The notes below the pieces were generated by a model. It ran no database searches. It worked only from the letters and a program-made list of their open reading frames with translations, and was not told the DNA's origin. The position numbers and the translations under genes are program-made. This document shows, in pieces, positions 8,793 to 15,282 of a DNA stretch of 15,282 nucleotides. The stretch is from a bacterium (GTDB lineage Bacteria; SZUA-182; DTGQ01; JAFGSM01). Every line of letters begins with the position of its first letter. The first letter of the stretch is position 1. The stretch covers positions 1 to 15,282 of the forward strand of contig JBLIRO010000100.1 in the NCBI GenBank assembly GCA_049472335.1, read 5' to 3'.

Positions 8793-9584
8793 GTGCTTAT
8801 TATTCTTCATACCAAAAAAAGGAAATCCTTGTATTGTTTTTTTGTAACTATCCTTTTAGGATGTCTCGTCCTATCTGTTTCTTCATGCACAAAAAAAGAA
8901 AGGGTTTTGTCGGACCTGGAACTTTACAATCAGGCCATGGAATATATGGGCAGGGAGAAATATCATGAGGCAGGTGAATCCCTGGATCGCCTGGAGCAGG
9001 AGTATCCGGAAAGTGTCCTCATGTCGGAGGCTCGGTTAAGCCGGGCGGATATCCATTTTCGGCTAAAGGAATTTGATGAGGCTAGAGGAGAATATGAAAG
9101 GTTCCTGAATCTTCACCCTGTTCATCCTCAGGCAGATCTGGCAAGATTCAGAATAGCGATGACATATTTCGAACAGATTATGAGCATTGATAGGGATCAG
9201 AGATTTACAATCAAAGCGCTGGAAGCCTTCGAGAGGTTTCTTAAGGAGTATCCTCAAAGCCCGTTTATTCCTGAAGCCAAAGATAAAGTCTCTTTTTGTC
9301 GATTAAAGTTGGCAGAGCAGGATCTTTATATCGCTCGATTTTATTTCAGGACAGGGTCATATCGGGCATCGAGAGGAAGACTTCAAAAGATATGGAATCT
9401 TTATCCCGAGGTTCCATGGAGGGACGAGGTCCTGTATCTTTTATCAGAGACATATCGAAGAGAAGGAATGATAGACGAAGCCAGGCAAACGCTATGTCAT
9501 CTTTACCGAGTTTTTCCCAACAGCCCATTTATAGAAAAGATCCGGGTTTCATGTCAGGAAATCGGGTCAGAATACTCACCATAA
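8793..9584 (+). CDS. bamD: Outer membrane protein assembly factor BamD (TPR lipoprotein)
   Basis: Lipobox VSSC; YERFLNLHPVHPQAD, IDRDQRFTIKALEAFERFLKEYPQSPF, LAEQDLYIARFY are typical BamD/YfiO motifs. Confidence 0.92.
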   Translation: MLIILHTKKRKSLYCFFVTILLGCLVLSVSSCTKKERVLSDLELYNQAMEYMGREKYHEAGESLDRLEQEYPESVLMSEARLSRADIHFRLKEFDEARGEYERFLNLHPVHPQADLARFRIAMTYFEQIMSIDRDQRFTIKALEAFERFLKEYPQSPFIPEAKDKVSFCRLKLAEQDLYIARFYFRTGSYRASRGRLQKIWNLYPEVPWRDEVLYLLSETYRREGMIDEARQTLCHLYRVFPNSPFIEKIRVSCQEIGSEYSP

Positions 9585-9988
9585 TATATCCATTCCTCAT
9601 AATGGCTTTTTTTACGGGGTGCGGGGATACATATCAATCGAAGACAGAAATAGAAAAGGAGATAAGGGGCCTTTTGTCTTTAAGGGAAGAGGCCATGGAA
9701 AATAAGGACATAGAACTATATATGGAATGCATATCCAGGAGTTATAGTGATAAAAACGATACATACGAATCGATTCGGGAAAAAATGAAAAAAAATTTCC
9801 TGGCATTTGATAGAATAGATTTTTCTCAATACCATCAGACTGTTTATTTTGAAGATGATTTAATCATGGTAGTCCAGGATTATGAGCTTGCTTTCATCAT
9901 CGGAGGAAAACGGGATTTCGTCAGGGGCAGAGAAAAGATCTTTCTTGAGCGGACAGGCCGGGAATGGAAGATAGTAAAGGGGCTTTAG
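9551..9988 (+). CDS. Putative lipoprotein with NTF2/SnoaL-like fold
   Basis: Start reassigned to ATG 9551 (MSGNRVRILTIIYPFLIMAFFTG|C, lipobox). AMENKDIELYMECIS...KIFLERTGREWKIV fits the NTF2-like pattern. Confidence 0.75.
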   Translation: MSGNRVRILTIIYPFLIMAFFTGCGDTYQSKTEIEKEIRGLLSLREEAMENKDIELYMECISRSYSDKNDTYESIREKMKKNFLAFDRIDFSQYHQTVYFEDDLIMVVQDYELAFIIGGKRDFVRGREKIFLERTGREWKIVKGL

Positions 9989-9991
9989 GTC

Positions 9992-11650
9992 ATGAATAAT
10001 AAGCTGTTTAGTTTGGGGATAGTACAATTCATCCTGATAATTTTTTGCCTTTTTTTTATATGCTCTCAGCCAGTATATTCCCGAACTCAATCCCCCGAAT
10101 CCGAGGATTCCGAGACAGACTCCTATGACCGGCAGACACAAAACTTAGAAAAAGAGACGGATGAACACGCGGAAAAGGTACACGATGGCGGAAGCCTGGC
10201 AGTAGCATGCCCTGAACGTGTCCGAACCCTGGACCCGCAAAAGGCGGTTTTGGTCTCCGAGAAATGGGTTATTGAACAAATATACGATGGCCTTATAGAA
10301 TACGATCCCAATGGGCAAATTATCCCTGTGCTGGCCGCATTTTTACCTGAGAGATTGGGTGAAAATGAATATTTTGTTCGATTGAAGCCCGGAATAAAAT
10401 TTTCAGACGGAACTGATCTTGATGCAAATGATGTGGTATTTACCATAAGACGTCTTATAAATCCAGGCACACAATGTCCCACCCGTGAACTTTTTAGGGA
10501 TGTAAAAGGTGTTGAGGCCACTTCGCCATTAACAATAAAATTTGTTCTAGGAAATAATTGTCCGGATTTTTTCGAACTGCTTACTCGTTTAGAAGCACGT
10601 CCGATTTCCAGGGAGGCGGTCATACGTAATGGGGACAGGTATGGAGTTGTTACCGCTGTGGGGGCCGGCCCGTTTCGCCTTGTCGAATGGGACAGGGAAA
10701 ACGAATTGATCCTTGAAAGAAATTACACTTATAAAATGCATCAACCCTTACTTCACAGAATCATCTTTCGCTTTCCTAAGCAAGGGGTCAACCCTTTCAG
10801 GGAGCTTACCCGGGCGCGCATCGAGCTTTTATCAGACCTTTCTCCAAAAATGGCTTTCAGGCTTTCCACAAATCAATACTTTAGGATAGAAGATAAAGCA
10901 GGAAGGAGACTTTGTCAGATATATCTTAATGTCGAGCGGTATCCATTTGACCGGTCGGGTGTTCGTAAGGCAATCTCTTTAGGTATTGACAGGGAAGAGA
11001 TAATAACCAAAATCTTTCATGGGTTTGCAACCCTTGCAGGGTCTTGTATCCCCCCATGGCATAGATATTCTGACCCAAACCTGGTTGTACAAGGCTATGA
11101 TCCCAATACGGCTATAAAAATCCTTGCAGGAGAAGGCTTTACAGCCGAATTTCCCGTTTCTTTTTCTCTTATGTATACGGACGATGAACCTTTCGATACT
11201 ATGGCCACCCTTATCAGATCTCAATTGGCTGTAATAGGGGTGCAGGTTCACTTGGTGCCCCTTGCCAAAAAAGATCTTTTTGATTATGTCTATAGCCGGG
11301 CCGGCCGGGACAGGTCTCTTTTTCAGGCTGCACTGGAAGACTGGGAGGAATGGCGGGGAGGAGGGGGGGATGAACAATTTACCTGGCAGCTTTACCATTC
11401 CTCTTCCCCTGAATATAAATTAGGGACAGTTTCTTATCCTTGGGAGCAGGATCTTTCTCTGGCCGTAAAGGAATGCAATCCCAGGATAAGAGAAGAGCTC
11501 TTCAAGAGGGCTATCAGAGAAATAGATCAAAGCATGGTTACCATCTATCTGTGTTATCCGCACAAGATATGGGGAGCGAGGAACTGGGTCAACGGAGATT
11601 TTTGCAATTCTCTCGGCAATCTTTTTCTGGACAGGGTATGGGTTAGATGA
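9992..11650 (+). CDS. ABC transporter substrate-binding protein, family 5 (OppA/DppA/NikA-like)
   Basis: Signal peptide; TLDP, IYDGLIEYD, LKPGIKFSDGTDLDANDVVFTI, VGAGPFRLVEW, VRKAISLGIDREEI. Confidence 0.92.
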   Translation: MNNKLFSLGIVQFILIIFCLFFICSQPVYSRTQSPESEDSETDSYDRQTQNLEKETDEHAEKVHDGGSLAVACPERVRTLDPQKAVLVSEKWVIEQIYDGLIEYDPNGQIIPVLAAFLPERLGENEYFVRLKPGIKFSDGTDLDANDVVFTIRRLINPGTQCPTRELFRDVKGVEATSPLTIKFVLGNNCPDFFELLTRLEARPISREAVIRNGDRYGVVTAVGAGPFRLVEWDRENELILERNYTYKMHQPLLHRIIFRFPKQGVNPFRELTRARIELLSDLSPKMAFRLSTNQYFRIEDKAGRRLCQIYLNVERYPFDRSGVRKAISLGIDREEIITKIFHGFATLAGSCIPPWHRYSDPNLVVQGYDPNTAIKILAGEGFTAEFPVSFSLMYTDDEPFDTMATLIRSQLAVIGVQVHLVPLAKKDLFDYVYSRAGRDRSLFQAALEDWEEWRGGGGDEQFTWQLYHSSSPEYKLGTVSYPWEQDLSLAVKECNPRIREELFKRAIREIDQSMVTIYLCYPHKIWGARNWVNGDFCNSLGNLFLDRVWVR

Positions 11651-12624
11651 CCTCTTTTTTGGAAGTTCAGGACCTGAAAACCTACTTTTTTGCCTCTGGC
11701 GGTATTGCAAGGGCAGTGGATGGAGTTGACCTTACCGTTAAGAAGGCGGAGACGCTTGGCGTGGTTGGTGAATCAGGGTGCGGGAAGACAGTTCTAGCCC
11801 TCTCTTTAATGAGACTTGTGCCGAATCCTCCCGGCAGGATCGTGGCAGGACAAATCATCTTTAAGGACAAGGACCTCCTTCGCCTTGATCCGGAAACAAT
11901 GCGCCAGATAAGGGGGAATGAAATATCAATGATCTTTCAGGAACCCATGACGTCCCTGAATCCGGTTTATACGGTTGGTGACCAGATTGCCGAAGTCATA
12001 AAACTCCATCAGAAGCTTAATAAAAAGCAGACAAAAGAAAAGGTAATAGAAATTCTCGATCTTGTAGGTATCCCTGATCCGTCAAAACGTTTTAAGGATT
12101 ATCCTCACCAGTTGAGCGGTGGTATGAGACAGCGGGTAATGATAGCGATGGCTCTTTCCTGTCAACCTGATCTTCTCATTGCGGATGAACCTACTACCGC
12201 CCTGGATGTGACCATTCAGGCCCAAATTCTCGATCTGATGGAGTCGCTTAAGGAAAAGATAAAGATGTCCGTGATAATGATAACCCATGATCTTGGTATA
12301 ATTGCGGAAATCGCGCAGAAGGTCATGGTAATGTATGCCGGCCATGTTGTTGAGGAGGCCCCTGTGAGAGATCTCTTTCATAATCCTTTACACCCCTATA
12401 CAATAGGGCTTTTGGGATCTCTGCCCCGGCTGGATGAGAAGAAGACAAGCCAGGGGAGGCTCAAAGCCATTCGAGGCATGGTCCCCGATCTTCTCCAGAT
12501 GCCTCCCGGCTGTTCTTTCGCTCCAAGATGTGATTGGTCAAAGAAGCATTGCAGTGAGAAGATGCCCGTGCTTAAGGAGCTCAGGCCTGGTCACAAGGTA
12601 AGCTGCTGGGAGGCTAAAGCTTGA
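11647..12624 (+). CDS. oppD: Oligopeptide/dipeptide ABC transporter ATP-binding protein (OppD/DppD family)
   Basis: [41 protein letters not shown]-terminal HPYT and GCxFxPRC; ATGA overlap with the upstream gene. Confidence 0.93.
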   Translation: MTSFLEVQDLKTYFFASGGIARAVDGVDLTVKKAETLGVVGESGCGKTVLALSLMRLVPNPPGRIVAGQIIFKDKDLLRLDPETMRQIRGNEISMIFQEPMTSLNPVYTVGDQIAEVIKLHQKLNKKQTKEKVIEILDLVGIPDPSKRFKDYPHQLSGGMRQRVMIAMALSCQPDLLIADEPTTALDVTIQAQILDLMESLKEKIKMSVIMITHDLGIIAEIAQKVMVMYAGHVVEEAPVRDLFHNPLHPYTIGLLGSLPRLDEKKTSQGRLKAIRGMVPDLLQMPPGCSFAPRCDWSKKHCSEKMPVLKELRPGHKVSCWEAKA

Positions 12625-13598
12625 GCTCAGATAATTCATTGCTGCAAATACAAGATCTGGTCAAATATTTTCCTGTGAAGGGAGGAGTCTTTTCCAGGAT
12701 TAAAAAATGGGTGAAGGCCGTGGACGGGGTGAGTCTTTCCCTCCATAAGGGAACCACCTTGGGGCTTGTGGGAGAAAGCGGGTGCGGCAAATCTACCATC
12801 GCAAGAGCTGTCCTTAGATTGATCCAGCCTACGTTCGGGCGTATCCTTTTTAACAATGAAGACATACTTGGATTCACCTCCAGCCGGTTGAGGCTCTTGA
12901 GGAGAAAGATTCAAATAGTATTTCAAGATCCTTATGCCTCCTTAAATCCCCGTATGAATGTGGAATCTATTATCGGTGAGCCTTTGCTTGTTCATAAGGT
13001 TTGTCACGGTAGGGCTGAGAGGAGGAAAAGGGTTGAATATCTTCTTGAAAAGGTCGGGCTTTCCTCTGAAAGCATGAAACGATATCCGCATGAATTCAGC
13101 GGAGGACAGAGGCAAAGGGTTGGAATTGCGAGGGCTCTCAGCCTTAACCCAGAACTTATCGTTGCAGATGAGCCTGTTTCTGCACTGGATGTCTCTGTCA
13201 GGGCCCAGGTAATCAACCTTTTTCAGGACCTTCAAAAGGAGTTCGGACTGAGCTACCTCTTTATAGCCCATGATCTGAGCCTGATACGCCATATCAGCGA
13301 TTCTGTAGCAGTAATGTATCTCGGAAAATTGGCTGAAAAAGCCGAAGCGGAAAGGATTTTCGAATCCCCGCTTCACCCGTATACGCAATGCCTGATTTCT
13401 GCGGTGCCTATTCCGGACCCCGATACCCGATCCAATCGAATCATCCTTAAAGGTGATGTCCCTTCCCCTATGGATCCACCGCCCGGATGCCGCTTTCATA
13501 CCAGATGTCCATACAAAATGCCCATATGCTCTGAAAAGGAACCGCTTATGAAAGAGGTGAAAAAAGGGCATGAAGTGGCATGTCATCTTGTTAAGTGA
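12621..13598 (+). CDS. oppF: Oligopeptide/dipeptide ABC transporter ATP-binding protein (OppF/DppF family)
   Basis: [60 protein letters not shown] start with GGAGG SD. Confidence 0.93.
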   Translation: MSSDNSLLQIQDLVKYFPVKGGVFSRIKKWVKAVDGVSLSLHKGTTLGLVGESGCGKSTIARAVLRLIQPTFGRILFNNEDILGFTSSRLRLLRRKIQIVFQDPYASLNPRMNVESIIGEPLLVHKVCHGRAERRKRVEYLLEKVGLSSESMKRYPHEFSGGQRQRVGIARALSLNPELIVADEPVSALDVSVRAQVINLFQDLQKEFGLSYLFIAHDLSLIRHISDSVAVMYLGKLAEKAEAERIFESPLHPYTQCLISAVPIPDPDTRSNRIILKGDVPSPMDPPPGCRFHTRCPYKMPICSEKEPLMKEVKKGHEVACHLVK

Positions 13599-13687
13599 AA
13601 GATTTGAATTGCATATTTTATTGCCGGTATTCCCCACTCCACAATGCACCTTACTTTCAATCACCAGAGCAATAGCGGGGATCCTGA

Positions 13688-13776
13688 CCTTTGCCGGAAC
13701 AATTCTGGACTGGAAGAGAATGAAACTTCTATTGGATACACACGTATTCATATGATAAAACAGTAAATTAAGCCAA
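13688..13776 (+). pseudogene. Relic of a type II toxin-antitoxin junction (antitoxin C-terminus and VapC/PIN N-terminus)
   Basis: PLPEQFWTGRE* (13688-13723) overlaps by ATGA with MKLLLDTHVFI** then NSKLSQ (from 13720). The stops fall where WW usually occurs. Confidence 0.7.
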
Positions 13777-13941
13777 TCTTCTGCGTTGCGGAATGAAATG
13801 TAAAATTACAAGGAAAAAGACTATCATATCATTCAGATTTTCCATCATTCTTGCCAACATAAAGTGGTTATTGGAATAAAGGATAATAAAATAACCATTC
13901 AATTTGTTAATAAACCAATCTTGTAGAAAATTGCTCAACAT
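13768..13941 (-). CDS. Uncalled 57-aa hydrophobic ORF (small protein or truncated gene start)
   Basis: Perfect SD AAGGAGGT (13949-13956) 7 nt before the ATG. Translation: MLSNFLQDWFINKLNGYFIILYSNNHFMLARMMENLNDMIVFFLVILHFIPQRRRLA. Confidence 0.5.
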   Translation of the reverse strand: MLSNFLQDWFINKLNGYFIILYSNNHFMLARMMENLNDMIVFFLVILHFIPQRRRLA

Positions 13942-14073
13942 TTTATCTACCTCCTTCTATTTTGTTTAAAAGTCATTATCTAATTTCATCTTTTAATGGC
14001 CTTTTTTAGTGGCCCTCATGAATTGGATTCAGAAAAAAAATTGTTGATTTTTCTGAATTACTTATTTATATGC

Positions 14074-14088
14074 GCAGTTTTCATGCCA
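14074..14088 (-). promoter_or_regulatory. Putative sigma54 (-24/-12) promoter
   Basis: Minus strand TGGCATG-AAAA-CTGC versus consensus TGGCACG-N4-TTGC; GG and GC are correctly spaced. Confidence 0.65.
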
Positions 14089-14166
14089 ATAGGAGCTTTG
14101 ATCCCAAACTATTTGTTTTTGCTCAATTTGTACTGAAACTGTGAGAATGGATATATTGGCGGGATT

Positions 14167-14251
14167 TGAGACAAAATGACACAAAAAAATTAAAGATCTC
14201 GTTAAGTTTTTGTTAAAAAAAGAAGATTTTTTGCTGTGTCAAATTGACCCC
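14167..14251. promoter_or_regulatory. Pair of imperfect palindromes, putative enhancer-binding-protein sites
   Basis: TGAGACAAAATGACACA (14167-14183) and TGTGTCAAATTGACCCC (14235-14251), each 2 mismatches from TGTGTCA-N3-TGACACA. They lie ~80-160 bp upstream of the sigma54 site. Confidence 0.55.
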
Positions 14252-14258
14252 TTATGGG

Positions 14259-14470
14259 TTATGTTAACCCGTACTTTTTCATTTTTCTAAAAAGTGTTTT
14301 TCTCGGCAATCCTAACATCATAGCTGTTTTGGTTCGGTTCCACTTATTTTTTTCTAATGAATGAAGAATCAAACGTTTCTCAAGGGTTTCAACGGCTTTT
14401 TGGAAATCTGAATCATCCTTTTCAATCTCTGAATACAAAGGACTTATATCAAAGAGTTCTTCATCTGTGG
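14259..14470 (-). pseudogene. 3' remnant of a sigma54-dependent (NtrC/Fis-family) transcriptional activator, Fis-type HTH only
   Basis: DFQKAVETLEKRLILHSLEKNKWNRTKTAMMLGLPRKTLFRKMKKYGL matches a Fis-type HTH. The upstream part of the called ORF is only the antisense of the oppF copy, and there is no AAA+ domain. Confidence 0.8.
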
Positions 14471-14480
14471 TATCGAAGAA

Positions 14481-14654
14481 ATCTTCGAATCTCCCCTTCA
14501 CCCGAATACGCTGCCTGATTTCAGCAGTATCTATTCCGAATCCCGATATCCGTTCCAATCGAATCGTGATGTCCCCTCCCCTATGGCTCCACCGCCCGGA
14601 TACCGCTTTCATACGAGATGTCCCTACAAAATGCCCATATGCTCTGAAGGGGAA
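14481..14654 (+). pseudogene. Degenerate direct copy of the oppF 3' region (13356-13541)
   Basis: Collinear with oppF from ATxTTCGAATC to CCCATATGCTCTGAA, with a 2-bp deletion, a 10-bp deletion and many third-position substitutions. Confidence 0.9.
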
Positions 14655-14701
14655 TTAAGGGGACACAATACTTGGGAATTAAGGGGACACAATACTTAAT
14701 T
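14650..14701 (+). repeat. 24-bp perfect tandem repeat GGGAATTAAGGGGACACAATACTT x2, REP-like end upstream of the RAYT gene
   Basis: Units at 14650-14673 and 14674-14697. The second unit forms the inverted repeat AATTAAG...CTTAATT around the GGGACACAATA core. Confidence 0.85.
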
Positions 14702-14703
14702 TA

Positions 14704-14732
14704 TTGACTCTACACCCACTAAGAATTATAAT
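14704..14732 (+). promoter_or_regulatory. Near-consensus sigma70 promoter of the transposase
   Basis: TTGACT-17 bp-TATAAT, ending 6 nt before the ATG. Confidence 0.8.
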
Positions 14733-14738
14733 TTCATT

Positions 14739-15282
14739 ATGCCAAGGATAGCACGAATAATAGCACCTCACTTCCCACATCATATCACCCAAAGAGGAAA
14801 TCGGAGGCAGCAGGTTTTCTTCAAAGATGAAGATTATAATGAATATCTGAGGCTATTAAAATTCCATGGCGACAAATTTAACCTTTCCATTGTTGCCTAT
14901 TGCCTAATGCCAAACCATGTACATCTTATAGTAATACCTGAGGAAAAAGAGAGCATTGCAAAAGCTATAGGAGAAACACATCGTAAATATACCAGAATGA
15001 TTAACTTTAGAAACAATTGGAGTGGATATCTATGGCAAGGAAGATTTAGCTCCTACATCCTTGATGAACGTTATCTATTATCAGCTACAAGATACGCATT
15101 GCTGAATCCGGTACGAGCAAAAATGGTTAAAACACCCCAATCCTATAGATGGTCTAGTGTAAGACACCATCTTGGATTGGAAAAATCCCAAATTGTTAAT
15201 GATAGTATTTTTAAGGAAACTATTGTTGATTGGAATGAGTTTCTTACAGAAGTATCTGATGAACGCGATATTAAACTTTTAA
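14739..15282 (+). CDS. REP-associated tyrosine transposase (RAYT) / IS200-like Y1 HUH endonuclease, 3'-truncated by the window edge
   Basis: Manual translation: MPRIARIIAPHFPHHITQRGNRRQQVF...AYCLMPNHVHL...GYLWQGRFSS...RYALLNPVRAKMV...YRWSS. The HUH motif and candidate catalytic Tyr are present. The frame is open to the window end, so the ORF track omits it. Confidence 0.93.
   Translation, partial: MPRIARIIAPHFPHHITQRGNRRQQVFFKDEDYNEYLRLLKFHGDKFNLSIVAYCLMPNHVHLIVIPEEKESIAKAIGETHRKYTRMINFRNNWSGYLWQGRFSSYILDERYLLSATRYALLNPVRAKMVKTPQSYRWSSVRHHLGLEKSQIVNDSIFKETIVDWNEFLTEVSDERDIKLL

Noticed and set aside
8714..8968. 84-aa + strand ORF
   Set aside because: It overlaps both the better-supported 56-aa lipoprotein ORF and bamD out of frame.
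9296..9550. N-terminal extension of the NTF2-like ORF
   Set aside because: It lies inside bamD; the lipoprotein signal begins at ATG 9551.
13610..13690. Minus-strand IALVIESKVHCGVG resembling a PD-(D/E)xK nuclease ExK motif
   Set aside because: Too short to distinguish from chance without a profile search.
12942..13751. 269-aa minus-strand ORF and other antisense or nested ORFs (e.g. 5404..6189, 10123..10623, 3928..4308, 1930..2241)
   Set aside because: These are shadows of well-supported + strand genes with no recognisable motifs.
14467..14658. 63-aa + strand ORF as an independent gene
   Set aside because: It is a frameshifted read of the degenerate oppF copy.
14650..14697. Possible CRISPR array from the 24-bp repeats
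   Set aside because: Only two directly adjacent units, no spacer, and no cas genes in the window.

Overview
Bacterial genomic window with three zones. (1) 1-2717, accessory cell-surface genes: the 3' part of a protein with a Gly/Pro/aromatic low-complexity tail, then a gene for a secreted protein built from ~50-aa EAR/EPTP (TSPEAR/LGI-like) repeats with a tandem dockerin-like C-terminus. The 5' end of this gene (signal peptide and first repeat) is broken by three small lesions. (2) 3029-13598, a tightly packed + strand housekeeping run: proS, a small hypothetical gene, trpB2-trpB-trpA, an uncalled 56-aa lipoprotein, bamD, an NTF2-like lipoprotein, and a peptide ABC binding protein with two ATPases but no permeases. 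(3) 13600-15282, an AT-rich mosaic: a decayed antitoxin/VapC junction; a minus-strand module of Fis-HTH remnant, paired enhancer-like palindromes, sigma54 promoter and a 57-aa ORF; a degenerate direct copy of the oppF 3' end; and a RAYT/IS200-like HUH transposase, apparently leaderless, preceded by a 24-bp GGGGACAC tandem repeat. All calls come from reading motifs by eye; no database searches were run.
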